Part shown: positions 51,353 through 64,000 of the stretch, piece after piece
Layout: each line of letters starts with the position of its first letter
How positions within the stretch are numbered: the stretch's first letter is position 1
Assembly (NCBI GenBank): GCA_965285935.1
Contig: OZ260662.1
Location: 23,002,001-23,066,000 of the forward strand
Length of the DNA: 64,000 nt
From: Ophelia neglecta
Taxonomy: Eukaryota
Reading direction: 5' to 3'
The notes under the pieces: generated by a model
What the model was told of the DNA's origin: nothing
Seen by the model: the letters and a program-made list of their open reading frames with translations, nothing else
Database searches by the model: none
Made by a program: the position numbers and the translations under genes

Positions 51353-52781
51353 GACACACATGTATAAGATATAAGAGCTTATACTGGCAGACTTACAGAT
51401 AACTAGGGCAGAATACTGGGCCATAAAAAACCATCAGAATGTTAATAAGATGTAATCTAGGCCCACAGTCTGAGAGATTGGGGTCAATAAGGGAAGTCGC
51501 ACTAGTGTGCTCATGAAATATATATGTATCTTTCAAAATGTCATGTTTTTTCCCAAATTATGATACAAAGTTATGCATGATAAGTCATAAATAACATTTA
51601 TGTGACAGTACAAATCTAGGAATCCTCTGTCAGTATGCTCTCTACAATAATAGCTAATCATCTTAAGGTTGGGTGGGCAGAATAAAAGGTGTGGTTAGCA
51701 GGGTTAGGAGGCAGGGAGAATGGTGTATGGAAAGGGGAGGGTGGGTTGGTCAGAAGGGGGCTTAGAGGAGTTAGGGGGCTGGGGAGGATGGTGAAGGGAT
51801 AGGGGAGGGGTGGGTTGTTTAGAAGGGGTGCTTAATAGGGTTAGGCGGTGGGTAGGATGATGCCAGAGGAGGGGTGGGCAGGTTAGAAAAAGTGATTGAT
51901 GGGGTTAGGAGCTAGGGAGAAAGTAGAAAATATGTAGTGTATAGCTCAGGTTAGTTATAAAAGCAATGTAGGGCAATGTAAAAGACATTTTGGAGATGTT
52001 TTTATAGAGTTTGAGCTAAGGCTGATGACAGCATCTGTCTTAGGTCAATGTGAATCCTGCCAAACCTGAGGAGGTCCTCTCCCACACAGGGTAACACTAG
52101 GTTTATTTGCCTGCTGAAAAAATACAGATTCTTTCAAATAGATGAGAGAGTGGATTGAATTATTTTATATTATCGCACTTTCAAATAGATGAGAGAGTGG
52201 ATTGAATTATTTTATATTATCACACAGAAATGACAGGAATGTCTTGGGAGATGTAGATATTTTCCAATGACGTGATGAGTACAATACATGCAATGCGGCA
52301 CACGTGCCATATTGCCACAAGAGTCAGGAGGACTTCTTGGGTTGACAAGTGTGAGGTGAACAGAAAAATGTACAAATACATGTAGGAGGGTCTCCGCACC
52401 AGGGGTCACAGCCAGGGTCATTTCCCTGCCAATACCGGCTTCTATTTCTCTGACACGTCAGACGCTGCCAGCTCTTAGATGGCTGCCAGTGACAAGGTTG
52501 ACCTGGCGGCAACTCCGTTTAAACAAGGCAGACTCCGATCACTGGATTATGTGTCTGTTTATTAGTGTAGAACCATGAACTTCACAAAAGAACATTAATA
52601 TATCACGGTCATACTTTTTGAAGAAAGAGGAAGGAATTCCCTCATTGAGGAAATTTTATTGATCAATAAATTTACATTATTTGGGCATGATAAATGGAAG
52701 TTACAGACAGAATTCGGTTTGGAATGACCCTAGCACTTTAATGATCCCTCCGATGTCCCTCCCCCTGCCCACCCCCTCCTC

Positions 52782-53060
52782 AGCTATACTCCCACAGACC
52801 CAGCCCACCTCTCAGGTATACCCCCACAGACCCAGCCCACCTCCCAGGTATACTCCCACAGACCCAGCCCCCCTCCACAGGTATACTCCCACAGACCCAG
52901 CCCCCCTCAACAGGTATACTCCCACAGACCCAGCCCCCCTCCACAGGTATACTCCCACAGACCCAGCCCACCTCCCAGGGTACCTCGATGTCCGTCCCCC
53001 TGCCCACCCCCTCCACTCCTATACCCCCACAGACCCGCCCACCTCCCAGGGTACCTCGCT
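52782..53060. repeat. 33-bp C-rich minisatellite (CAGGTATACTCCCACAGACCCAGCCCCCCTCCA)
   Basis: Read directly, about 7-8 units. Confidence 0.88.
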
Positions 53061-54747
53061 GCCTCCCCACACAGATGAGAGGCAGAGAGAGAGGTATTGG
53101 ACCTTGACTCTGATAGACACCCCCTGCCAGGTAGATCCACCTTAATGTAGACCAGTCACCTGGGCAGACGGCTGAGATTACAGACCTCGTCTGACCAGGT
53201 GAGAGACTTACCAAGCCACAGGATATAGCTAGGCCTGATTTATCAAGATAGAGAGGAGATCTTCAGTACTAAGGACATATTACTACCAATAGGATACCTG
53301 AAATCTGGAGCAATATGAAACATCCCAGTCCCTCTACAATCTAGCCACTGATCTTACTATTAGCTTTTTGCCCCTGGGTTTTGGCTATCAATTACCCTGA
53401 TGTACCTTGTGATTTAATGGGACACACGCATCATTCAAACATTAAACACTCGTACTACTTAACAAGGTAGATAAGAATTAAATAGGAGTGGGTTTATATT
53501 ACAGCCTATGGGCATGATCTATGTACATGTGCATACACATGTATACATACTTTATACATTTACACATCATGTACACTGGGACAACCACCAACTCAAATTA
53601 ATCAGTTCCCGGCAAACCACATCAACTCTTCTAACTACAAGAGAATCAGTCCACTATATACTGATATGGAAGCTGCCATCAGTTTATATTCAAATGATTT
53701 TTCATATCTTGACATCAATCCTGTTAACCTGAGACACCTGATAAACCACTCACAGCTCCCTTTATACTGACGGTGATTAATGTAAATTGATTCTAAAGGC
53801 AGCCAAGAATTAGTGGCTGGAGCCTAGAAATAGTGCCTGCCTAGCCGAGCCGGCCTGAGAGAGGCTCTGCCTTCTTTATCACATCCCAAACACTCAAGCT
53901 TTTATTCTCATTGTTCTGCGGGAGATTTCAATTCATCATCAAAGCCTGGAAGCTATGAAAAGACTTCCTCGGAACACATTCCAAAGCCAGCCACATCTCT
54001 AGGCCTGTGCCTTACACGAATTCTATGTCTTTGTTTGATCTGCTTCATCGCCAAGAAAAAACTGGCCATTTCCTGGTAAAAACTGCGTGCTAGCTGCAGA
54101 GAGAACAATGGGATTCATCTGGGAAAACTGTGCCTGGGATTGTCTTTCTAAGCTGTGAGAACCGTGGGTTAGCTTGTATGTTTTATTAAAGGAGGGGTTA
54201 AGCTGGTAATACTCAGCCCCACCACCTCCACTTTATATTCAGCTCTACTACGGTGTACAATCAAATAACATTCTCGGTAACTTCACTAGGGGCTTTCACT
54301 ACGCTAATAAATATGAGTGTATGCTATTTCAGAGGCACCTTAAATTCTTTTACATTTTGCAAACTTCTAAAAGATACTACTGTGTTTGTTATCAAACATG
54401 AGATATAAATTGTTCACTATGTATCCAGACCAACTTCTCGCTGATAAGAGTATTGGACTTTATAAGACATAATGGCTTTAAAACTGTTCAGACAGCATAC
54501 TACACAGGGTTTGCACTAGCTGTGTGAATGTTTGAATAATGGGGTCTGAAAGTTTATTCTCATGAAAATGTGGCATACCAGTGTATACAGGGACCAATTA
54601 TTCAGAGTCCCAATTAATTTTTATGCTTAAAAAAACACCTGGAAGGCATAAATGCAACCCATTCCACATAAAACAGGTAATTTTGCCGTGCACATTATTT
54701 CCCAGAGTTCCACGAGGACAGGGTACGCAAATATCAAGTACTCTATA

Positions 54748-55062
54748 CTGTAAAACACTAACATTTCCCTAACATTACTGAAATATTCCCGAAACTATCT
54801 ACCTTGCGAAAATTTCCTGTGAGCACTTAAGCCTGAGTATTTTTTTTCTAGGTGTAATCACTGTAGCTATTGTCAGGGATGAATTTAATTGTTGAAAATA
54901 TATAGGTATATATGGCTTGCCACGTTTTCTGGAATCTATCTGGTTGACAGTAGTGAATAAAAGCTCTGACCATTAGCACTGAACGACACCTTTTAGTCAT
55001 CATCAACATTCAATACGGCCCTATTTGTGAAAAGTGAAGGCGGCAAAAATCCATGTTTACAG
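54748..55062. mobile_element. Possible degenerate MITE with CTGTAAA...TTTACAG termini
   Basis: TA-CTGTAAAACA at left and TGTTTACAG at right; a similar TACTGTA...TACAGTA-bounded segment lies near 35433-35578. TIRs are short. Confidence 0.35.
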
Positions 55063-57904
55063 TGTATATATATATAGACCATTATGTATGTAACCTTCTG
55101 AGAAGAGTTCTGTTGAAAGTAGTAAAGGATATAATGATTCTATAAGGGCCACCACCTCTTTTTTCTCTATATATACACTGCATAATATGGACCAACAGCT
55201 TTTATATATATATACTATATATATATATACATATATATTTATCTATATATATATCCCACCGGCAGAAAGGTATAAGCACAGTAACAATAAAATCTCATTC
55301 ATTGTAGGGACCGTAATAATTACACCGTTGGTTAAAGGTAGCTATGTGGGTCTGGCTGTGTGCATGTGAAGGAAACATAGACATTAACAGCATGGCAATC
55401 AAAGCTAGTAAAACTTAAAACCAATTATGATAGAAATACATAAAAACAGCTAACGCTGCCTGCGAGAGCCTTATCAGCACACGGGCAGGCAGGATTGTAC
55501 CAGGTTACTACGCTGATTAAACATGCTGCTGGTGAATTTCATTGTAACTTACTGGGAATTAATGAATGTGGGATTCCAGAACACTGAGTCATTTCTTAGA
55601 ACTCTAGGTCGCAAAATCATGTATCAGAAATAATATTTAGGCCATGGTGTGATGACGGTGTGACATATGAAGGCAGTGTGACGGTGTGATGACGGTGTTA
55701 CAGAAGACAGTGTGATGAGGAGGTGATGTGGCTCTGATAAACATCGAGGTTTGTTTCTGACTGTAAACTAGCTAGTCCCACAAGAGAGACTTCATAGAGG
55801 ACTTTCCCAGGAACAATGACGAACGTTTAGACATTTCTATGATCAATGAATGGCCTCCATAATACACACTTCTTAGTCAGTATAAGCATAATGCACCAAA
55901 ATGTCATGTTTTTGGCCATAACTAACAGAATATTTCCACTATAAAAAGAATATAATTTTTATCATATCTTCCCCATGAGGCAAATCAACAAACCATCAGA
56001 CCTTCCAATTATCATATCAAGAATCAGTTATTTTTTCTAGATGAAAACTACCTTCCAAGAAAATATACCCTCATGTTATGATGTTTGTCAAACGACACAG
56101 CGAGATGTCGCAGTATAACACCCCCACATCACTAGCTACACATCACCACCCCCCCACCCTTCTCCATGTGCAAGAGAACCTCTTCTTTTTATACATATTT
56201 TTTATCCACTAATTAAGTAAATAAACTTATTTATCATGTCCCCACAGATCATGTGATATTTTGACTGGCAACAATACCCCTAAAAATGCCCTCGACAAGG
56301 ACTGAATTGTTCATTTTAGTTTTCAGTTTTCTGCATAAGACCTTCCTCAGTTTTAATACATAACCCTTCTATTTATTTAGTATTTTTGTTCAGTTCTATG
56401 TCAGTTTTATAATTGGTTAATTGGTCAATTCTGGAAGAAGGTCTATTACTCAGAATTAAAAGGCTCTCAAACATTTATGGCACATTAAATTGTGCACAGA
56501 TGGAAAATTAACAGCCAAAAAATATTGTGATAGTCAAATTAAACCTCTTAATGGCTGTGTGGAATTTGAGTTCTTGACAAATCCTGTTTTTATATTCAAG
56601 GTCTCCTGACTGTGTTAACCTCATACAGTGGTAGGTTCGGGAGATAGATTTCTGTGTGTTTATATTAAGAGAGTGTTTGATGAAGACCAGACACAGAGTT
56701 AATGAACCATGGCCGATCCTCTCACCTGGAGAAGGTCACAGTTGAGTGATCTGAGGACCTACTCGTCTGCTGGTACCGCTACCATAGTCATCAGGGTGTG
56801 GATTATCAGGACAGGTGAGAAAATGAGCTGTGAGTTGGCAAGGCCCGGTGAACTCAGATGGACAGGACACTCTCTGAGGCCAACTGATCTGGGGGGCATC
56901 TCATAACAACTACCCAAGCCAGGAGTTTAGAAAGAGCAGTTGCACCAATTAAAACTTAAACCGCACAACTTCTGAAGCTCAGTGGAAGCAAGCCACACAT
57001 TAGCGCTGAAGCTTCTTGGTGTTTCCACATCATCTTATTCTAACATGTCACCCGGGGCATATTTAAGGGAAAAGCTTCAGCTCTATATAAAAGCTGCAGT
57101 ACGGTTTCACCTAGCTTAAATCATTCAATGATCACATAGCAAACAATAACCAGCCCTCCATTGTTTGGAAACCAGGACCGCTTCAGCCAGAAATGAGAGA
57201 GCCCAGCTCAGCCGTGCCACAACATTCTTAGGCTATCTTATGAACTTTTCAGGCAATAATAATGATGCTATTGAATTATTAACAGTCAATTTAGTTTATT
57301 GTTTCAGCATTTTTTTAAGGCTGTTTTGTGAGTACGAAGGCCTTAGAAGGGCGAGTGTCAACTTGGCCGACTGCCGCCGTATGACTCGGTTCTCATTAGG
57401 TCCATCTAGACTGCTTAGAGAGCTGATAGCATAATAATGTAGAATCAATGACGTGCCCTTCATGGTGTGCCTCACACAGCATGCCCCATTTTGCTCAGAA
57501 CAATGCCCTGGGGCATGTTGTCATTACTCAACATGCCTCAGGGGACAACATTGCCCAGGGTCACAGCGTACCACTTCATGAGTTCTTATAATTTATGCCA
57601 GAAAAATACAAAACTTTCAATTTTGCAAATGTTCTTGTAGAATATTTTTTTATTATTTTTTATATTTTGACAGGCTCCCCCGGTGAGGGAAGTTGGTACT
57701 AGCGGGATGCTAACAGATAACGGCAGGTAACAGGAAGGTGGTAGAGTAGGACTAACAGATGTGTGGGCAGATGCAGGTAACAGGAGTACAATAATTGGCC
57801 AGCTGTGTTGTGTGAGAAATACCGAGGGCTTGTAAAGGTGTATCTGGATACCACTGATGATATGATAGAGGGATGGCAGTGTGGGAAGTGATGACTGGTG
57901 TGTG

Positions 57905-58260
57905 GGGGCAGAAAGGCTGAGGGTCAGGATCAGGTCGGCTCAATGGGTGCTACAGGGGCAGAGGAGGCAGGAGGAGGGCCACAGAAAGGGTGGGGTCAGG
58001 ATCAGGTCGGTGTAATGGGTGCTACAGGGGCAGAGGAGGCAGGAGGAGGGCCACAGAAAGGGTGGGGTCAGGATCTGCTCAGTGTACTGGGTACAACAGG
58101 GGCAGGAGGAGGCATGAGGAGGGACAGCCAGGTTGGGGAACTGCTCAGTGTACTGGGTACTACAGGGGCAGGAGAAGGGCCACAGTAAGAGGTTCTGGAT
58201 CAGAGGGTCAGGATGAGGTGGCCTGCTCATTGTACTGGGTACAACACGGGCATGATGAGG
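57905..58260. repeat. Degenerate G-rich tandem repeat, unit about 75 bp
   Basis: Recurring GGGTCAGGAT...TGGGTGCTACAGGGGCAG. Confidence 0.75.
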
Positions 58261-59440
58261 GGTATGAGTTAGGCCAGGGTAGGGTGAGAGTAATCTGGTT
58301 TATGGGTACTGTAGATAAAGGCTTTGTAGAGACAGGAGGTAGGAGTGTGAACATGCAGACTGAGAATGGGGTGGAATGGAGTGGGAATCAAGTGGAATGG
58401 GGTGGAGCTAGGGAGGGGTGGTATCATAGAGGGGTACATGAGATAGAATAAGCAGTAGGGGTGAGATCGCAAGGGGTTGGAATGGGCTGGGGATGGGATG
58501 GGAATGGAGAGGGGTGAACCTGAGGAAGGTGGGTGTCATAGAGGGCTTGAGAAATATGCAAACAACAATCTCCATCTGATACACTGACTGTATCAGGTGT
58601 ATGGAAAATAGACATAGCACTACATGAAGCTAAAGGTCTCAGATGTTCACTGGAATTTGACGCCTTCTGAAGGAGTTCCTGCTGTCTTGTCTGACAATGA
58701 GGGGTCAGGCCCTGGGGAATGGCTGTGACTGGGGGAGGCTGGGAGGGATCAACCCAAGGGAGAAGGGGTCAAGCAAGGGTGGAGTGGGTCAAACCACAGA
58801 CGGAAACCATCCCGGGGGGGGGGGGGGGGGGGGGGGCTCATGGCAGGTACCTAGCTTGTGTAGGTGTTAGGTCATCACTCTGGGTGTGCCTCCTGGCCAG
58901 CCCACCATGAAGATGGTCAGGGAACCTTGACCTAGGGCTAGGGTCATGAGAGAGGTCAAACAACCAGATATCATGTTCCAGAGGACCGGCAGAGCTAGGA
59001 GCTTTGATAAATGGGAGTGAGAGTAGGAGGGGTGTAGGTTCCTCCAGCACTGAGAGTGTACATGCTAGTGATATGAGTATCCACCCAGAGGGGGTCAGGG
59101 TCTAGGGCTTCAGTCCCCAGAAACAGCTGAGGCAGCTGACACCTCTACACACCCCTAGAGGCTGACAGAAGTAACTTGTAGGAAGGCAAGAGGTAACTGA
59201 CCCTGCCACCCCACCCCCCTCCCCCTCATACAGAGAACCCACCATGTTCCCATCACATGGCTCTAGTGTCCAATATTAGTTTCTGAAGGCAGCCTTTTCC
59301 CACAACACAAGTAGAAGTCAGATCAGTTACACTGTGGATTCTCTCTGCCATTTCTGGGATGTCAATTCTGTACCCAAACAATCGTCTCCCATTTCAAGGT
59401 GGCATGCTTCAAGCCACATTCCTGATCTGTGGCTGTCCCT

Positions 59441-59578
59441 GGTGAGACATCTGAGGTGGTGAGACATCTGAGGTGAGACATCTGAGGTGGTCAGTAAGAC
59501 ATCTGAGGTGGTCGGTAAGACATCTGAGGTGGTCGGTAAGACATCTGAGGTGGTCGGTAAGACACATGAGGTGGTCGG
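59441..59578. repeat. 21-bp minisatellite (GACATCTGAGGTGGTCGGTAA)
   Basis: Read directly. Confidence 0.88.
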
Positions 59579-62500
59579 AGAATGCCGGCCAGTTTACAAT
59601 AACTGGACCTTTGTTAAGTCTACCACTGGGCCTGACAGCTAAAACCCTCGCCCGACCCTTAATATCTGAGCCTTGCTGACATTGGACACATGTAAATTAA
59701 GTTGAAATTCACTTGCCCGACTCCCATTTTACTAGCTCAGGCCCTGCTACCGGGTTAGTGGCTACTTCTACAATAATAATCTGTCAAACATCTCCTGGAA
59801 GCTTTTATTTAATAAAACAGTACTTTCATTTAAAACCCAACTTGTAAGTGTTTATAGTTATTTGTATATCACAGTGATACCTCTTGTATTACAACATACA
59901 CTTAAAGTCTAACATAAACATACAACAATATTCTGTCCTGGAAGGCAGGGACATGTTTTTACCACCACTTCAGCTCCCTTCTGATGCTGCCATTTGCACC
60001 TGCTCCATTGGGGGGGGGGGGAGAGAGTGGGGGGGGGGGTCTGATAGCTGGATAATCCCATGAACAGATCAGATCAGCTTAACCGATGCTACAAGGGCTA
60101 GCCAAGAAAACTCAAGAGGTAAAAGTACATGTTCATGTATATATAAAACATATAAAACAGTTCTTGTAGCAAGCCACTGCAAGACAGTCTTCCTCTCCTT
60201 AACAAACAGAAAATTCATAAGCTTTAAGTTAAAAACAAATATAACATTATAAGTTTAAGTCTTGAGTAAAATGACAACAATGTACTACAGTTTAGGGCAG
60301 CTGTGACTTCCTATAAAATGTCTGTTACCTAATGAGCTTGTGTCTGGAGATGTCAAATATCAATCAACAACTTCAAGCAGTGTCGAAACTAAAAGTGAAT
60401 GAGTGTGGGGAGTCTGGGGAGCTTTACAAGGGCCCTCCCCCACCCCACCACCCAGGATCCTAAACAGACCTTTACCACCCCCACCCCCGCGCTGGCACCC
60501 ACCCCTAACTCTGGCCCTTAACTGGGCAATCTCACCTCCTTTAATCACCTCCACTCCTCTGATCTGGAGGGAGGCAATATACCTACTAAAGTACTAGTAA
60601 GAAAACATGCCAAGAAAGCCTGGCATCTTTTCAGAGCTACACGGCTCGGGTCCAGGGTAAATAAAACCACGGTGATCTGGATTCAGCCAGATTCCTCTAC
60701 TGAAAGTTCTTTCCTTCAGCACTTCATTTGAAAGAATTCTGCCTACAAAAGTTCTAGATTACGTACAATAAATTACATTTACAGGACTAGACCTGGTTTG
60801 TGTATCCAGAATCAGCGGTAAAGAAGCCTCATTTATCACATGCCAATTTATTACAAAGCACCGTTTCCAAAGCTACACCTGTGTGTTTCTAAGCTAACCA
60901 TACACCTGGTCATTCTATTATTCTTCAATTCTTATACCTACAGATCTGCCAAATTAATGACCCTGTACATTTTTTCGACTGTGAAAATATGCATAGATGT
61001 TAATTCTGTCTCAATATCAGCGCCCAGGTGTACCAATTACAACTTGCACCGCAGTAGATTTTATGAAAACATGAAAACAACTAAAACTGGAGCTGCCATC
61101 GCAACAAATAAAATGGTAGTGGGGGAAAACTACATTTTCTGAGCAACTGAGACTCCGCTGAGAGTCAGCTGAGAGGCCATTTCATGGATGATTTATACTA
61201 GACAGAGAGGGCATGAGATTTATGGTCTATAGATTTAATGGATCTATCCCAAACTGGACTTGATTGTCAGTCAGACTGACAGATGGACTGCCAAGCAGAC
61301 GGATGAATGGATGGAGGGAAGGTGGTACTGACATGGCAAGGAGCTCCAAGCCTGGCCTCTGACAGGTTTACAGGCTCGGGCCTCCTCTGGCCCGCCTCTC
61401 CGTGGTCATTACACATCAAAACCTCTGTAATATAAACCATAAAATGACTAGAATCTGAAAGATTGACAGAGAAGGCAGCACACATGAAATTGAAGCAACA
61501 GCAAGCAATTCCTAGAAATACCCTGATCTGCTAAATGTCGGCTGGAAACATTGATCGAGTTTTGTTGTTAAAAATATGTACATTTATCTGAATTAAACTT
61601 ACGAAAAAGTGTAGCATGTATACTGTTATGAGCACAATTACTAACTGGGATTTATTTAAGGGAATATTGCCAGGGTAAAAGCATGAACATAAGGCTGCAA
61701 AGCCTCAGTGTCATCATTATCTCCCAGCAATAGTGAGTTGTTCAGGGATTAACCAGGAACTCAGCCTGAGGGGTCTCTATTGAAGATGAGCAGACTGTCC
61801 TAGAAGGAGTCCTGGGAATGCCACATTCCTCAGTGAGAGGGTCAGGGGCACGAACATTAAAAAACCTCCTCGGAACGTTTACAGGCGGAGATGTGAACAA
61901 CTTAGTGGGCCCAGCCAGGCTCTCAGGTGTAAACAAACAATAGCTTCTCCACTTTTATCAACACCATTAGTAAAAAGATGTCTACCAGTATTAGAGCCAT
62001 CACTGCACAGGTGTGTGTAAATGAACATGTACATGTAAGTGTATGTGGATGTACATGTACATGTTCATGTATGTGGATGTGGGGTGGAAGGGCATATCTA
62101 CTGCCAGGCATTCCACTGCCTTAGCCACTTGGCCTTGATGACTTAACCTCAACCACAAACTATCTCCATGCCCCTCTGAGGACTATAGATCTGCCAGCCT
62201 CTATCTCCCCACTATCAGTAGCTCTACCCTCTAGACACTGGGGCTTAGTGATCTAGAGTGAACACTTCAGAGAGAAACGCTTAAAACAAAAACATCCACG
62301 AACTTTGTCAAACCACGCACATCACCCCAAACTAAGTTACTAAACTATTATATTACAAACTTGTGATACTTTAATTCTGGCCTAATCAGTTATGCAATGA
62401 ATGTAATTTTGATTTTTTAATAGACAGGACCTACTTAAAGTCAGTTCTTATATATTATGAAAATCAGGAAAGATTTTATAACTAGCCAAATTTATAAATG

Positions 62501-63149
62501 CCAATATGAAGTTCATTTTATAACCTGACTGGTTATTTTTTATTAGTTTTGTATTCTTCCTAAAACCCAAGCTGTCCTCCCTCTTAACAGAGTCGGACAA
62601 GTGGGGTGGGCTACACACCAATAGAAAACAGATAATCAATGGATAATCTCCTGTGGTCACTAGACCATGACTAATCCCGCACTCCACCTAACAGGAGGAC
62701 ATTCCTGGCGCTGTCATGGTTGACCACCTTTATAGTTTCCCAGGAGGTAACCAGTGGAGGTGACCGCCAACTCATTTCCTGCACTTAATGCCCCGTTAAT
62801 GAACCTCAACTATAACCAAAAAGGTTCTACATGTATTTCCAAAAATGGTTTCTGAGGGGTGAATTTAAATGTGTTCTAACTACACTGGAGGAAGCTGTAG
62901 TCACAGGCTGTCTGGTTAATCTTTTAACATGCATGTTTTACTTCCTGACATCTTAATCGTCACATGATTGAGCCAATTAAGGCTCCTGATATACAGATCT
63001 AGAGCCTTAAACATATATTTGCTGTCTTCAACCAACTATAATGTACATGTATTTGTTCACTGATCATACTGAACACTTCCCTACAAATCACTGCCAGTTC
63101 TCTTGTCACTTATTACAGGTTCTGTTTCAGGACCAGCTGTTATAATATA

Positions 63150-63322
63150 CAGTGAAACCTGTCTAATCAGGTCAGACAAGGGACAGGAAAAACTGCCCCA
63201 CATAATGTAGGTGACCTTAATAGGCAGGGACACAGGCATAAATGGGGATTAGGCTATCATTTAGTGACCTTAGTGGGCAGGTGACCTTAATATACAGGTA
63301 ACCACAAACACAGATTTCACTG
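63150..63322. mobile_element. Tc1/mariner (pogo/Tigger-like) MITE, 173 bp
   Basis: TIR CAGTGAAACCTGT / ACAGATTTCACTG (one mismatch) with TA on both sides. Confidence 0.82.
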
Positions 63323-64000
63323 TACAATGTCAACGAAGTGTGTGTGTGTGTGTGTGTGGGGGGGGGGGGCTTCTCATGTTGGAGGTTCTGATCCACTGAC
63401 AATCCATTGTCAGGGTTTGGAGGGGGGGGGAGGGGGAGGGGGGTTCTGAGGTTGTTCCAAAGTATTGATCCACTGCCAGTGGTAGTCATGTCATGTCATA
63501 ACCCGTATCACATACTACTCATATTACACACACGAGAGTTTCTCCCAGGGTTCTCTTAATGACTCGTTATTACACAATTCCATGCATACTCCAATTACAA
63601 TGTTACAGGAGGGGAAATGGTTCAGGCGTTTTTATTTCGACAAAATATGGCACCAAGGCAACACATGTCTCATATGCTCAAATAATTGACTCAATTTCTG
63701 AGTCTTAGACATAGTACATGACACATTTTAGCATAAGCAATGACATGATTCATGCTTCTGGCCAAGAGGGGTATAAAAAAGCTCAATTTTTAGTTTCCTG
63801 CATCCAGCCACCAATTCTCCCTGACTTCATCCTACATCATCAGGTATTCATGAAATGTGTCATCAGATATGGCTTCAACAGATAAATATCGAGTTTTATC
63901 TCGTTTATGATAAGCTGAAGAAGGTTTCTATGGAAACCAAAAGAATGCTGAATTACCATACCTAAGCTAAATGATGGAGTTCTAATTATACAGACTAAAA

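Noticed and set aside
53205-53260. Consensus donor TTG|gtaagt on the - strand as an Abl first exon
   Set aside because: The phase-1 frame has stop codons and no ATG upstream of the donor.
57084-57126. TATATAAAAG followed by an Inr-like TCATTC on the + strand
   Set aside because: Spacing (about 37 nt) is longer than canonical and no downstream gene is supported.
61742-61936. Pro/Ser-rich 64-aa minus-strand ORF
   Set aside because: No ATG, no convincing splice sites, and a length expected by chance.

Overview
Animal (invertebrate-like) genomic DNA. The whole window lies inside the 5' half of one minus-strand Abl-family tyrosine kinase gene. Six coding exons can be spliced in phase with canonical GT-AG sites: 37377-37559 (N-cap and first half of SH3), 2205-2503 (rest of SH3 and most of SH2), 1560-1755, 1067-1231, 477-654 and <1-146 (SH2 end, linker, kinase domain to the APE motif). 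The gene runs off the left edge. A candidate short first exon sits at 39902-39974; no myristoylated (MG...) first exon was found. The intron that splits the SH3 domain is 34.9 kb (2504-37376). It holds a non-repetitive same-strand 654-codon ORF with phase-compatible donors, which could give an SH3-broken Abl isoform. It also holds a second TATA-preceded ORF, a possible antisense two-exon 119-aa gene, a 25-copy 166-bp array with a degenerate hammerhead-like fold, and several minisatellites. The upstream intron contains MITEs, including a hAT-type MITE nested in another MITE. Most other listed ORFs are repeat artefacts or chance. All calls are by eye; no searches were run.
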